DNA of 64,000 nt from a virus, in the IMG/VR virus record IMGVR_UViG_3300035698_007281, positions 1 through 64,000 of that record. The stretch is one strand, 5' to 3'. The notes under the pieces were generated by a model. It saw only the letters and a list, made by a program, of their open reading frames with translations. It ran no database searches and had not been told where the DNA came from. Positions 52,911 through 61,906 of the stretch are shown one piece after another; the first letter of the stretch is position 1; each line of letters starts with the position of its first letter. Position numbers and translations under genes: made by a program.

Positions 52911-54274
52911 TGTCCAGTAAAGGCCTCGACATGATGGACGCGGACGCCCTCTTCCATGAGGCCATTCCGGTTTTTGCCCAGATGAAGATCCGGGGTGTCC
53001 AACTGAACCTCGGCAAACTGAACGAACTGGACGCCGACGTTCTCGATGAACTTGATGAGGTTCGCCGTGCGATGTCCGGCCCTGAGGCCAAACGGTTCCT
53101 GAAGAAGTACGGCCGGGACTTCGACTCCGGCAAGGACGCCGACAAGCGGAAACTCTTCCTCGGCCTCTTGGGGTTGAAGGCCTTCCGAACTACAAACGAG
53201 AAGGGGAACATCGATACACCGGGCGACTGTTCAGTTGACGCTGAATCGATCCGCCATCTGATGACCCAGGTCAGTGAGAACTCGTCAACCTACCGACTCC
53301 TGGAGGCTTGCATCGACGAGGCCCACCTGATCAAGTTGAGGGGGTACGTTAAGAACTTCCGGAAGATGGCCGACCCAAACGGTCGCCTTCATCCATCGTT
53401 TCTCCTCCATATCGTGTCGTCCTTCAGATCCTCCAGCGCTGATCCCAACTGGCAGAACATCCCGGTGAGGAACCCGGTACTGGCCAGGATCCGCCGGACC
53501 ATCGTTCCGACCTACGACTACTTCATGGAGATGGATTTCTCCGGGGCCGAGGTGCGTGGGTATGGTGTCCACACACTTGACGCCACACTGATCGACAACA
53601 TCCGAAACAAGGTTGACTTCCACCGCAAGTATGCCGGGCTTTTGTACGAGAAGCCTGAGGATGAGATCACTGGGGAGGAGCGATTTCAAGGGAAGAATCA
53701 ATTCATCTTCCCGGAGTTTTATGGGTCGTACCATAAGTCCATTGCCAAGAAGAATCCCCAGTGGAGGGCGAGGGCCGTCGAGAAGGCCGAGAAGATTTTG
53801 TGGGATGACATGCCCGACGTTAAGCGTTGGCAGGAGGACACGGCCGAGGATTACTACAAGGACGGTTACATCGACTACCTCACCGGCTTCCGGATCAAGT
53901 ATGGGAAGCGCGGGTTCCTGACCTTCAACCAGATCTGTAACCTCCCCAACCAGGGGTTCGCCTTCCACCGCCTCCTTCGGATCCTGATCAATGTTGAGAA
54001 TGAGATGAGACGCCGGAACATGAAGTCCTGGATCTGTGGCCAGATCCATGACTCGGTTGTGGTTGACGTTGTCAAGGAAGAGGCCCACGATCTGATGGCG
54101 ATCTTCGAGACCCACGTCCGGAAACCGTGTTGGGGTTTCGACGATGTGGTCCCGTGGGAGGCGGAATACAAACTGGGGAAGAACTTCGTTGATTCGATAG
54201 AGGTGGAGACTGGTGTGGATCTCGATGATCTGGATCTGCGCCTCATAGAGAAGATGGGAAAGGCCCTATCATGA
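52910..54274 (+). CDS. DNA polymerase A catalytic part
   Basis: RSSS.DPN.QNIP, motif A DFSGAEVR, motif B R..GKN.F.FP.FYG, N.PNQG, motif C QIHDS. Confidence 0.92.
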   Translation: MSSKGLDMMDADALFHEAIPVFAQMKIRGVQLNLGKLNELDADVLDELDEVRRAMSGPEAKRFLKKYGRDFDSGKDADKRKLFLGLLGLKAFRTTNEKGNIDTPGDCSVDAESIRHLMTQVSENSSTYRLLEACIDEAHLIKLRGYVKNFRKMADPNGRLHPSFLLHIVSSFRSSSADPNWQNIPVRNPVLARIRRTIVPTYDYFMEMDFSGAEVRGYGVHTLDATLIDNIRNKVDFHRKYAGLLYEKPEDEITGEERFQGKNQFIFPEFYGSYHKSIAKKNPQWRARAVEKAEKILWDDMPDVKRWQEDTAEDYYKDGYIDYLTGFRIKYGKRGFLTFNQICNLPNQGFAFHRLLRILINVENEMRRRNMKSWICGQIHDSVVVDVVKEEAHDLMAIFETHVRKPCWGFDDVVPWEAEYKLGKNFVDSIEVETGVDLDDLDLRLIEKMGKALS

Positions 54275-54528
54275 AATGCCCCTACTGTGGATCCCATGAT
54301 GCCGTGTGGATGTACCGAGAATGTTCAATCGGGTTCGTCCCTGAGATCCCCGATCCCCACTTCCACTACACCTGTCCTGATTGTGGTGGGAACTGGGCCA
54401 CGCCTCTGTTCCCGAGGCCGGGTGAGGAGAAAACCAACCGGCTTCAAACCGCCCTTAAGATCGTGGTGGTGGCCACGGTTGCCTTGGCGACGCTTGGTGT
54501 GGCCGCTATCCTCGGCGGGAGGTTCTGA
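54271..54528 (+). CDS. Small Zn-ribbon protein with a C-terminal TM helix
   Basis: CPYCG...CPDCG; hydrophobic tail. Confidence 0.6.
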   Translation: MKCPYCGSHDAVWMYRECSIGFVPEIPDPHFHYTCPDCGGNWATPLFPRPGEEKTNRLQTALKIVVVATVALATLGVAAILGGRF

Positions 54529-54701
54529 TGGAGTACCCAACATGCCCTGATTGTGGGTTTGAGGACCAGGACTGGTGGGACGGCCTCGGCAACAAGGGCG
54601 ACGGTGATTCCTGGAAATACGACTGTCCTGGGTGTGGGAATAGGTTGAAGGTCACCCTGTCACTATCCCCTGAGTTTGATACTGTACTTGTCGAAGGATG
54701 A
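54528..54701 (+). CDS. 57-aa Zn-ribbon protein (not in the ORF track)
   Basis: MEYPTCPDCG...DCPGCG; TGATG-coupled; GGAGG RBS. Confidence 0.6.
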   Translation: MEYPTCPDCGFEDQDWWDGLGNKGDGDSWKYDCPGCGNRLKVTLSLSPEFDTVLVEG

Positions 54702-54708
54702 TTGAAAC

Positions 54709-55551
54709 ATGAGATACGCCGTCTGTATTCCAACGTGTGGCCGGACCGAGGTTCTTGAACGGACCCTCACCGCCGTCCTGGCCCAGAGGCCCGCCCCCGG
54801 TGCTGTGTGGTTGGTGGACAACAATGAGGATCCCACCTACCTGGACGCCATCCAACTCCCCGCCGGTGTGGGGAAGACCTCGGTGAGAAGTGGTGTCCCC
54901 CAATCAGATCCGGCCGGTTCAAATTGCGGTCTCCAACTTGCCGCCCAGTTCGGGTACGAGTACCTGATCAAATGGGATGACGACCTGATCCCCCTCCCTG
55001 GTTGTTTCAAGGCCCTGGTGGCCCCTCTGGAGTCCTACGACTCCGTGGTCGCCGTTGGAGGCCTTTACCCCTCTCCGGAGAACCAAGGGCGATTGTCGGC
55101 CCTTGTGGATGGCCAACTGAAGATCCCCGACGAACGGCCCAACCACCTCCAGTTCTTTCCCTGGGAGGGTAGACGCCGAAGGTTCGTCGTCCACCACCTC
55201 TACTCGTCCTTCGCCTACCGGGTGTCGAGGGCGCTCCTGGTGGGTGGTTTCTGTGAGGACTACTCCCTGGTGGCCCACCGCCACGAGACCGACTTCACGA
55301 TGCGCCTGGACGCTGTGGGCGACCTGATGGTCGATACCAATGCCACAGCCATCCACCTCGTTGAAGCCGGAGGGACGAGGAGGTTCTCTCAGATGGAGCG
55401 CCATGGGATGGTGAACCTGGACGAGGAGATCTTCCGCCGCCGGATGGTGAGGATGGATCTCCTGTGGAACCTGGACATTGAGACGGTCAACGCCGCCCCC
55501 TCCGACCCGAGGCACATGGTGGCCGTGGGTGGTATAGGCCCTTGCCGGTGA
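54709..55551 (+). CDS. GT2-family glycosyltransferase
   Basis: VCIPT.GR, LVDN, N.GL, KWDDD, VGGF.E, ETDF..RL. Confidence 0.85.
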   Translation: MRYAVCIPTCGRTEVLERTLTAVLAQRPAPGAVWLVDNNEDPTYLDAIQLPAGVGKTSVRSGVPQSDPAGSNCGLQLAAQFGYEYLIKWDDDLIPLPGCFKALVAPLESYDSVVAVGGLYPSPENQGRLSALVDGQLKIPDERPNHLQFFPWEGRRRRFVVHHLYSSFAYRVSRALLVGGFCEDYSLVAHRHETDFTMRLDAVGDLMVDTNATAIHLVEAGGTRRFSQMERHGMVNLDEEIFRRRMVRMDLLWNLDIETVNAAPSDPRHMVAVGGIGPCR

Positions 55552-55634
55552 AAGTCTGAGGTGAACCTCCTGGGGTTTCGCTATACTGTGGCGTGGCCGG
55601 GATGATCTGGCCGGTACTTGTAAGGGATCTCTTG

Positions 55635-56189
55635 ATGACGAAACACAAGGCCAGGAATTGTAAAGAATGTTTGGTTTCTTATACACCAACGACGGGCAAT
55701 CAAAAGTACTGTGTCGATTGTGGGGAAGAGGCCCAGAAGGTCAAGTCCAAGGAGTGGCACGCCGAATCTTACGCCAACCTGACCCCCAAGGAGAGAGAAG
55801 CCCGGTTGGCCTACTGCAGGGAGTACGATGCCAAACGAAAGGCCAACATGACCCCCAAGGAGAGAGAAGCCCAGAAGGTTAAGAGGCGGAAAACAAATAG
55901 GGCTGCAAGAAGCAAGACCCTCCGGTTCGATATCCTTGAACGTGACAACTTCACCTGTCAATACTGTGGATGGCAACCCGGCCACGGAGGGGGCCGCCGC
56001 CTCGAAGTGGACCATCGGGATCCCCTGGCCGGTAAGAAGAGGCGATACTCCAAGGACGATCTCGTGACGGCGTGTAGTGAATGCAACGGCGGGAAGTCCG
56101 ATAAGTTCCTGACTCCCAGAGAGTGTTGTGGGTTGTCGTTCACCCGAGGCCGGGACTTCATCACGCATCGGGCCGAGGCCCACACATAG
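55635..56189 (+). CDS. HNH endonuclease (free-standing)
   Basis: RFDILERDNFTCQYCG...LEVDH..P......DLVTACSECNGGK; internal AN.TPKEREA repeat. Confidence 0.85.
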   Translation: MTKHKARNCKECLVSYTPTTGNQKYCVDCGEEAQKVKSKEWHAESYANLTPKEREARLAYCREYDAKRKANMTPKEREAQKVKRRKTNRAARSKTLRFDILERDNFTCQYCGWQPGHGGGRRLEVDHRDPLAGKKRRYSKDDLVTACSECNGGKSDKFLTPRECCGLSFTRGRDFITHRAEAHT

Positions 56190-56237
56190 AAAAACTTCGA
56201 TGAACCCCCTGAGGCTTTGCTATATTAAGGAAAAACA

Positions 56238-56363
56238 ATGGCCCTGATCCTGATGGCTATACTATCACTGAAGCCGGTGGCCTGGACCGAAGGCGATAAG
56301 ACGTTCCTGGTCTACCATACTGACATCCCCCGGCTGGTCGAACTGAAGGAGACTCAACAATGA
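56238..56363 (+). CDS. 41-aa peptide (not in the ORF track)
   Basis: AAGGA RBS; MALILMAILSLKP... Confidence 0.4.
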   Translation: MALILMAILSLKPVAWTEGDKTFLVYHTDIPRLVELKETQQ

Positions 56364-56370
56364 ACCTGAT
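56330..56370 (+). repeat. 41-bp direct repeat, left copy
   Basis: ccggctggtcgaactgaaggagactcaacaatgaacctgat, identical at 57749-57789. Confidence 0.95.
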
Positions 56371-56426
56371 TCTCTGGATGATATTCTCACTGAAGCCGCA
56401 GCCCGCGAGGCGAAGGGAGAACTCAC

Positions 56427-57167
56427 ATGACTGACCAGACACCCCCGGCGAGCAACTGCCCGAAGTGCGGGGCGGGGAGACGAAAGCTCGATAAACACGA
56501 GAAGGAGAACCGCCGCCTCCACCGGCAACTATCCCAGGCCCAGGCCGAGATCGAGCGGATGCGTGTCGCGATTGAGATACAGCGGGACGCGATTGAGATA
56601 CGCAATGGCGACCTGGGCACGGCCCAGGCCCGCATCGCCGAACTGGAGGCCGAGCTAGCCCCTCGCCAGGTCGAGTGCCAGCACGCGGCAGGCGTGACGC
56701 ACGACGCCACTGGTATCCCGTGCGTGTGGTGCGAGGTGGAGAGTCTGGAAGCTGACGCGAAATCCCGCGACGTGATCGAGAAGGCCCAGGCCGAACGAGC
56801 GAAGAGGTTGATGGCCAAACTCGCCACGGCCCGGCGGGATGCGTTGGCCGTCTACATCCAGGAGCAGAGGGCATGGAGCGAGCGAACCTTTGGGCCTGGA
56901 ATGCGGACGATTGGTTTGACTCGACACATCCGGAAGGAGTTAATCGAAATCGCAGCAGACCCGCACGACGTGACCGAATGGATTGACGTTGTGATTCTGG
57001 CACTGGATGGGGCGTGGCGATGCGGTAAGACGCCTAAAGAAGTCGCCCTTGCTATGCTGGCAAAACAGGCAGTGAACTTCGCCCGTGAGTGGCCGCCGCC
57101 TGGGCCAGACGACGAACCCAGCGAGCATGTCCGCGACCTCGTGGGGAAGGAGCGCACTGATGATTGA
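56427..57167 (+). CDS. Coiled-coil plus DUF550 dATP/dGTP pyrophosphohydrolase-domain protein
   Basis: WS..TFGP....GL..HI.KE..E....P.D..EW.D..IL..DG.WR.G...K...N..R.WP. Confidence 0.8.
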   Translation: MTDQTPPASNCPKCGAGRRKLDKHEKENRRLHRQLSQAQAEIERMRVAIEIQRDAIEIRNGDLGTAQARIAELEAELAPRQVECQHAAGVTHDATGIPCVWCEVESLEADAKSRDVIEKAQAERAKRLMAKLATARRDALAVYIQEQRAWSERTFGPGMRTIGLTRHIRKELIEIAADPHDVTEWIDVVILALDGAWRCGKTPKEVALAMLAKQAVNFAREWPPPGPDDEPSEHVRDLVGKERTDD

Positions 57168-57282
57168 GGCGCTACTCGTAGGCATAATACTCCAGATCTT
57201 CACCGTTGCTGTCTGCTTGACTGGTATCGCGAAGCCGTTGTCCCGTATCGCCGACGCGCTTGAGCGGAAGGAGAAGCCATGA
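57160..57282 (+). CDS. Small TM protein
   Basis: MIEALLVGIILQIF...RIADALER. Confidence 0.5.
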   Translation: MIEALLVGIILQIFTVAVCLTGIAKPLSRIADALERKEKP

Positions 57283-57668
57283 CCCCCGACCAGGTACAGG
57301 CCCGCTGGGACCGACAGACCGACGCCGAGAACAACGCCGACGTGGCCTTGAGGGTGATGGGGTGGCGAACGCGAGAGGTATTCGGGACCGTACTCGGATG
57401 GGAGTCTCCGCTAGGCGTCAAGCAGACGTACCCATCTCACTACACCACCGACCACAACCACGCCCACGAGGCCCTGGCGACGTTCTCTGGGGAAGGCTGG
57501 ATGTGGTTCGTGTCACAGGGCGGCTGTAGCATCCACCGTGGCATTGAGCTATCGCCGGGTGACTGGGATGAGGATTGGGTGGTCCGGGCAAAACTCGCCG
57601 TCACCCCCGCCGCGATCTCCCTCGCCTGCCTCATGGCGATGGAGTGTGAGGAGAACGCCGATTACTGA
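57279..57668 (+). CDS. Phage ABA-sandwich-like protein
   Basis: VA..VMGW...YTTD...A....P.AI..ACL.A. Confidence 0.55.
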   Translation: MTPDQVQARWDRQTDAENNADVALRVMGWRTREVFGTVLGWESPLGVKQTYPSHYTTDHNHAHEALATFSGEGWMWFVSQGGCSIHRGIELSPGDWDEDWVVRAKLAVTPAAISLACLMAMECEENADY

Positions 57669-57748
57669 ACACCCGATACTGTTTTCCGCCCCGAATGACG
57701 AGCCCGGCGTGTGGCACAACGCGATCCCCGCCTACACCACCACCTGGT

Positions 57749-57789
57749 CCGGCTGGTCGAACTGAAGGAGACTCAACAATGAACCTGAT
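57749..57789 (+). repeat. 41-bp direct repeat, right copy
   Basis: Identical to 56330-56370. Confidence 0.95.
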
Positions 57790-58183
57790 CTGGAAACGAT
57801 TCCGAACTGCCCGCCGGGTACTCGCCATCCTGGCCGTCGTATACATCCTGACCCTGATCGTCATGTCGGCCGGGTGTCATCCCGACCAGGGAATGACCTG
57901 GATCTCGGTCCGGGTGTCCGAGAACCCGGTACTGGTCAGGAAGACCATGGACGCCGACCGGGTGATCTTCAGCGCCGAGTACGCTGGGAGGATCGTGTCC
58001 ATGACAATGATGGGTGACGAACGCGCCGCCCTCTTCGCCGCCTCGGTCAAACCGGGAGACTGGGTGGTCGTCCGGGTGTACACCTCGGATCTAGGCAAGG
58101 GCAAGACCGAGTTTAACGCCTACGGGTTCCGCCGGATGATGCCCTCGGAGACTCAACCCACCACCCAGGAGACCGAACAATGA
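57779..58183 (+). CDS. Membrane-anchored or lipoprotein hypothetical protein
   Basis: AAGGAG RBS; hydrophobic leader ending SAGC. Confidence 0.6.
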   Translation: MNLIWKRFRTARRVLAILAVVYILTLIVMSAGCHPDQGMTWISVRVSENPVLVRKTMDADRVIFSAEYAGRIVSMTMMGDERAALFAASVKPGDWVVVRVYTSDLGKGKTEFNAYGFRRMMPSETQPTTQETEQ

Positions 58184-58392
58184 ACCCCATTATGAAGAGA
58201 CGCCTGGAGCGGTACAAGACGAACCACCCGATCACAAACAAACCGATCAAGCCCACGGCCGACCTGTCCGAGGTTCAGTTGTTGGGCCTACTCCTGAAGG
58301 AGGCCCGATTCACCAATGCCCTGATCACGGCCTACATCGCCCTGTTCCTCCTCAGTGCCGCCGCTATGGCCGCCTGGGTGGCCTGGAGTTGA
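58180..58392 (+). CDS. Small protein with a C-terminal TM helix
   Basis: ATGA-coupled. Confidence 0.55.
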   Translation: MNPIMKRRLERYKTNHPITNKPIKPTADLSEVQLLGLLLKEARFTNALITAYIALFLLSAAAMAAWVAWS

Positions 58393-58396
58393 ACCA

Positions 58397-58714
58397 ATGC
58401 CCTATGTGACCGGAGACGGTGTTGAGATCACCATCGGCCTCACGGTGTGGTTCCACACCACCTCTTGGACGGGCAAGGATCTGAGGCAAGGGCGAGTCAT
58501 GGAGATTGGCCAACCTCACTGGGCCAAGGAACCGATGGCCAAGGTCTCCAACTCCGGAGAAGCCGGGTTCCCGTCCTGGTGCGACATGGAGTGGATCTTC
58601 TTTGACAAGGACAAGACAACGAACTGGTACGATGAACTCCCGTTCGAGGACTTCGAGGAGATCCAACCCAACGACACGTTGATCGCTAATTCGTTTTTTC
58701 GTATCTTCCCCTGA
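58397..58714 (+). CDS. Hypothetical protein
   Basis: MPYVTGDGVEITIG..VW. Confidence 0.55.
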   Translation: MPYVTGDGVEITIGLTVWFHTTSWTGKDLRQGRVMEIGQPHWAKEPMAKVSNSGEAGFPSWCDMEWIFFDKDKTTNWYDELPFEDFEEIQPNDTLIANSFFRIFP

Positions 58715-58729
58715 GAGGTTTACTGGACA

Positions 58730-59008
58730 ATGAACGACAAGGATCTGATCAAGAAGTTGGCCCTATGCTTGCGGGAACTGACCGGAAGCTACAAGGACGC
58801 TGTGTCAGTGGGAACGGGTGGCCTGATGGATCTCCTGGTGTGTGGGGAGGATGTCAAGACCGCCTTCCACCTGATCAAGGAAGCCGAAGCCAATGAACCC
58901 GACGAGGTTCTCACAAGTTGTCCGAAATGTGCGAGTTGGAGTTGGGTGAGGAAAGATCGCCCCCGGCCATGTGATTCTACCTACTGCCTGAGGGCCAACT
59001 CTAAATGA
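58730..59008 (+). CDS. Hypothetical protein with a C-terminal Zn ribbon
   Basis: CPKC..W.W......PC...C; coupled to terL. Confidence 0.55.
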   Translation: MNDKDLIKKLALCLRELTGSYKDAVSVGTGGLMDLLVCGEDVKTAFHLIKEAEANEPDEVLTSCPKCASWSWVRKDRPRPCDSTYCLRANSK

Positions 59009-60339
59009 ACACCATCGAGATACCCTACACGCCCCACGCCCAACAAATGAAGGCCCACCAAGCCAAGGAACCGTACATCCTCTTCGGGGGTGCGGTAGGG
59101 GGAGGGAAGTCGGTGTGTCTGGTCAATGATGCCCTATACCGATCCATGTGGTGGTCAGGGAACCGGGTGGGTATATATCGTTGGGAGTACGCCTCATTCA
59201 TGAAGACCACCTTCAAGACCCTGGAGGAATGGGTCTTCGGTGTCCCCGGCCTCGTCACCTACCACAACGAACAGAAGAAGGTGATCCGCCTGTGTAACGG
59301 GTCAGAGATCTTTTATGGGGGCCTGAAGCCCTCCTCCATGGTATCAGGAGATCCCCTGTCCGTGGTCAAGTCCCTGGAACTGTCCACAGCGTATCTCGAC
59401 GAGGTCACCGACTTCCCCGAGAACGTGTATTCATTTCTCCCGGCCCGTGTCGGCCGTGTTAAGTGCATGAACTCCCGAACGGGCATCAGAGAGTTTCCTC
59501 CTGCAAGGATACTTGCGTCTTGCAACCCAGCCCTGGGGTGGGTCAAACTGAAGTGGGTTGATGAACCTGTATTAAAAGACCACGTATTTATTCCCTCGAA
59601 AGTCTCCGACAACCCCTATCTGACGAAGGAGTACGAGGAGCGGTTGAGAGAAACATGGTCATCAACCCCCATGGACCTGGAGCGGTATCTTGATGGATCC
59701 TGGGACGCTGTAATCGATTACGAGGCGGTCTGCCCTGCGCCCTGGTTGACCCGTGCGACCAAGTTGTCCTATAGGCCTACCCGTGGGGATGTGGTGGCCT
59801 TCGGTGTTGATGTGGGAGCGTATGGGAACGATAAGACCGTCGTGATCAAAAGGACAGGCCGAAAAGCGGAGATCCTCTACGAGGCCTCCTGTCAGTCAAC
59901 CACCAAGACTACCGCCGACATCGAGACCCTGGCCGGTATCCACAACCCATCCATCATCGTGGTCGATTCTATCGGTGTAGGCCAGGGCGTGTACGACTCC
60001 CTGAACGATGACGGGTATCCCGTCTTTGGGTTCATCGGTGGAGCGAAGGCCCGAGACCCTCGGTTCCTGAACCTTCGTGCTGAAACCTACTGGGGCTTCC
60101 GGAACATGTTGGAGAAGGGCCTCGTGGACATCCCGGCCTCGGCGGCCCTGATCAACGACATCGGTGTGATCAAGTACACAAGGAACGCTTCGGACCGGGT
60201 CATCCAGATCGAGTCCAAGGGGGGTATCAAGAAGCGCCTGGGCAAGTCCCCTGACTACGCCGATGCCCTGATCTACGCCTACTATGGTGAAGGTTTCGAG
60301 TATGGGATCGGTGGAGTGTTCGGGGCCAGTGAAGGATGA
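59005..60339 (+). CDS. terL: Terminase large subunit
   Basis: P...Q, GGAVGGGKS, YLDE, SCNP, DNPYL, GVDVG..G.D, SPDYADAL. Confidence 0.93.
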   Translation: MNTIEIPYTPHAQQMKAHQAKEPYILFGGAVGGGKSVCLVNDALYRSMWWSGNRVGIYRWEYASFMKTTFKTLEEWVFGVPGLVTYHNEQKKVIRLCNGSEIFYGGLKPSSMVSGDPLSVVKSLELSTAYLDEVTDFPENVYSFLPARVGRVKCMNSRTGIREFPPARILASCNPALGWVKLKWVDEPVLKDHVFIPSKVSDNPYLTKEYEERLRETWSSTPMDLERYLDGSWDAVIDYEAVCPAPWLTRATKLSYRPTRGDVVAFGVDVGAYGNDKTVVIKRTGRKAEILYEASCQSTTKTTADIETLAGIHNPSIIVVDSIGVGQGVYDSLNDDGYPVFGFIGGAKARDPRFLNLRAETYWGFRNMLEKGLVDIPASAALINDIGVIKYTRNASDRVIQIESKGGIKKRLGKSPDYADALIYAYYGEGFEYGIGGVFGASEG

Positions 60340-60582
60340 ACCTGTGAAAGGAACAGAGCGATGACGAAAACCGAACTGATTGTGGCCTCCACGAGGATCT
60401 GTGTCCGGTGTGGGGGAACGGGGTGGATCTCCAGGACGTGTACCGCTACGGTGGCCCCAGGCTGATCTTCCGCCTGGGTACGTTATGCGCCCAGGCCCCC
60501 AGGCCATGCCCCTGTGTGAGGACCAACCAGGGTGAATCCGAGGGGGATGTTTTCCAGGCCGGATAATAATTTGAGATTATCC

Positions 60583-60611
60583 TTGACATCCTGAGGGCCT
60601 TGGCCGATAAT
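60583..60611 (+). promoter_or_regulatory. Early-type sigma70 promoter between terL and portal
   Basis: TTGACA-17-GATAAT with ACATGAGCA leader. Confidence 0.85.
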
Positions 60612-60662
60612 GCTTACATGAGCATTAACGAACACAATGAAACGCCCAAAGGAACCAAGGCC

Positions 60663-60950
60663 ATGAAACTGACCGACCTCGAAACCAAGATGATCCTGAA
60701 CATCGCCCTGAACAACTTCCAGGATGACCCCAACTACGCCAACCCCGTCTGGGCCGATTGCCTCGTCTTCGAGGGTCCATTCAACGAGATCAAGGACAAC
60801 CAGATCGGCGGGATCGTTTCCAGCCTGACCAAAAAGGGGCTCGCCAGGGCCGAAGGCGAGAACCGGGACGCCATCACCTCACTGACCGAAGCCGGACAGG
60901 CCCAGGCCAAGATCCTGGTCCCCGAGTTCCGGGCCTCCCTGGCCGTCTGA
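60663..60950 (+). CDS. Small wHTH-like hypothetical protein
   Basis: MKLT.LE....GIVSSL.KKGL......LTEAG. Confidence 0.65.
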   Translation: MKLTDLETKMILNIALNNFQDDPNYANPVWADCLVFEGPFNEIKDNQIGGIVSSLTKKGLARAEGENRDAITSLTEAGQAQAKILVPEFRASLAV

Positions 60951-60983
60951 ACCTCCACACTGAACCTTCAAAGGGACACAACC

Positions 60984-61268
60984 ATGACCAACTCGACCTG
61001 GACCAACTACGCCGATCCCATCACCGAGGCCTTCCCCGCCGTCCACGGGTTCAAGGTCGTCCTCCTGTGTGGTGGCCGTCGTGACGTGGTCGTCGTGTCG
61101 TCCGGGGGTATCGAGTTCGATTACGAGGCCGTTGACGTGGCCGTTGCCGCCGGTCGCCTCGGCTACCCTGGCCAGGAGGTCAAGTGGGTCGAGATGTCCT
61201 CCGTTGGGACATGGTGTCCGACTGGTCACAATGCCAACGAGGAGGGGACGGCTATCTGGGCCGACTGA
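60984..61268 (+). CDS. Small hypothetical protein
   Basis: AAAGGGA RBS of early-gene style. Confidence 0.55.
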   Translation: MTNSTWTNYADPITEAFPAVHGFKVVLLCGGRRDVVVVSSGGIEFDYEAVDVAVAAGRLGYPGQEVKWVEMSSVGTWCPTGHNANEEGTAIWAD

Positions 61269-61294
61269 CCCCACGCAACCAGGAAACCAAACCC

Positions 61295-61334
61295 GCCCCG
61301 ACCCCCTGTGAATAGGGGGCCGGGGTTTTGCTTT
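61295..61334 (+). terminator. Rho-independent terminator closing the cassette
   Basis: CCCCGACCCCCTG-loop-TAGGGGGCCGGGG followed by TTTTGCTTT. Confidence 0.7.
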
Positions 61335-61444
61335 CCAGGGGGTAAGCAAACAACCACGGGCCAACCTCAACTCGGAACCCCCTCTTGTCCGATTGGAGGG
61401 ATAGGAAGGTCCGCAACCTGGACCCTACCAAAGGAGAACCCGAC

Positions 61445-61876
61445 ATGAACTTCCAGGCCCCCTGCAAGACAATCACCGTTGAGACCTCCAACAAGGAGAC
61501 CTTTAGCTTCACCCACCTCCTGATCAAGCTGACCTCTCGGAAGTTCCTGGTGGCCGTCGGTGTGTTGGTGGGTGGCCTGATCAAGGTCTTCACACGATCC
61601 AACGACCCCGAGAACATCGATCAGGTAGTGACCCTGACCTGCGCCGTGGGGGCTGCCATCGCCCCGATTGTCTACATCCTGGCCGAGGGCAAGGCCGACC
61701 GGGAACGGGAGCAGTACCTCCAGGAACATCAGGAGGACGTGGATCTCGACCTGAGTGATGGAGACCGGGAAGCCCTGGCCGCCGAACTGGGCCTCGGTGG
61801 TATCGAGCCGCCCCCCACTTGGGGTGGTCAGATTCCGCTGGGTGATGAACTCGACAAGGAACATCCCCCGGCCTGA
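61445..61876 (+). CDS. Holin-like two-TM protein
   Basis: KL.SRKF.VA...VYI.AEG.AD pattern; AAAGGAG RBS. Confidence 0.55.
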   Translation: MNFQAPCKTITVETSNKETFSFTHLLIKLTSRKFLVAVGVLVGGLIKVFTRSNDPENIDQVVTLTCAVGAAIAPIVYILAEGKADREREQYLQEHQEDVDLDLSDGDREALAAELGLGGIEPPPTWGGQIPLGDELDKEHPPA

Positions 61877-61906
61877 ACCCCTACACTGAAACCCCCGAGG
61901 TAATAC

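Noticed and set aside
56256-56263. Additional GCTATACT promoter box
   Set aside because: Falls inside the small 56238-56363 ORF just downstream of another candidate box; probably coincidental
56427-57167. DUF550 as evidence of a 2-aminoadenine (Z) genome
   Set aside because: No purZ or datZ in the window; DUF550 fusions are common accessory genes and this one lies in a recent insertion
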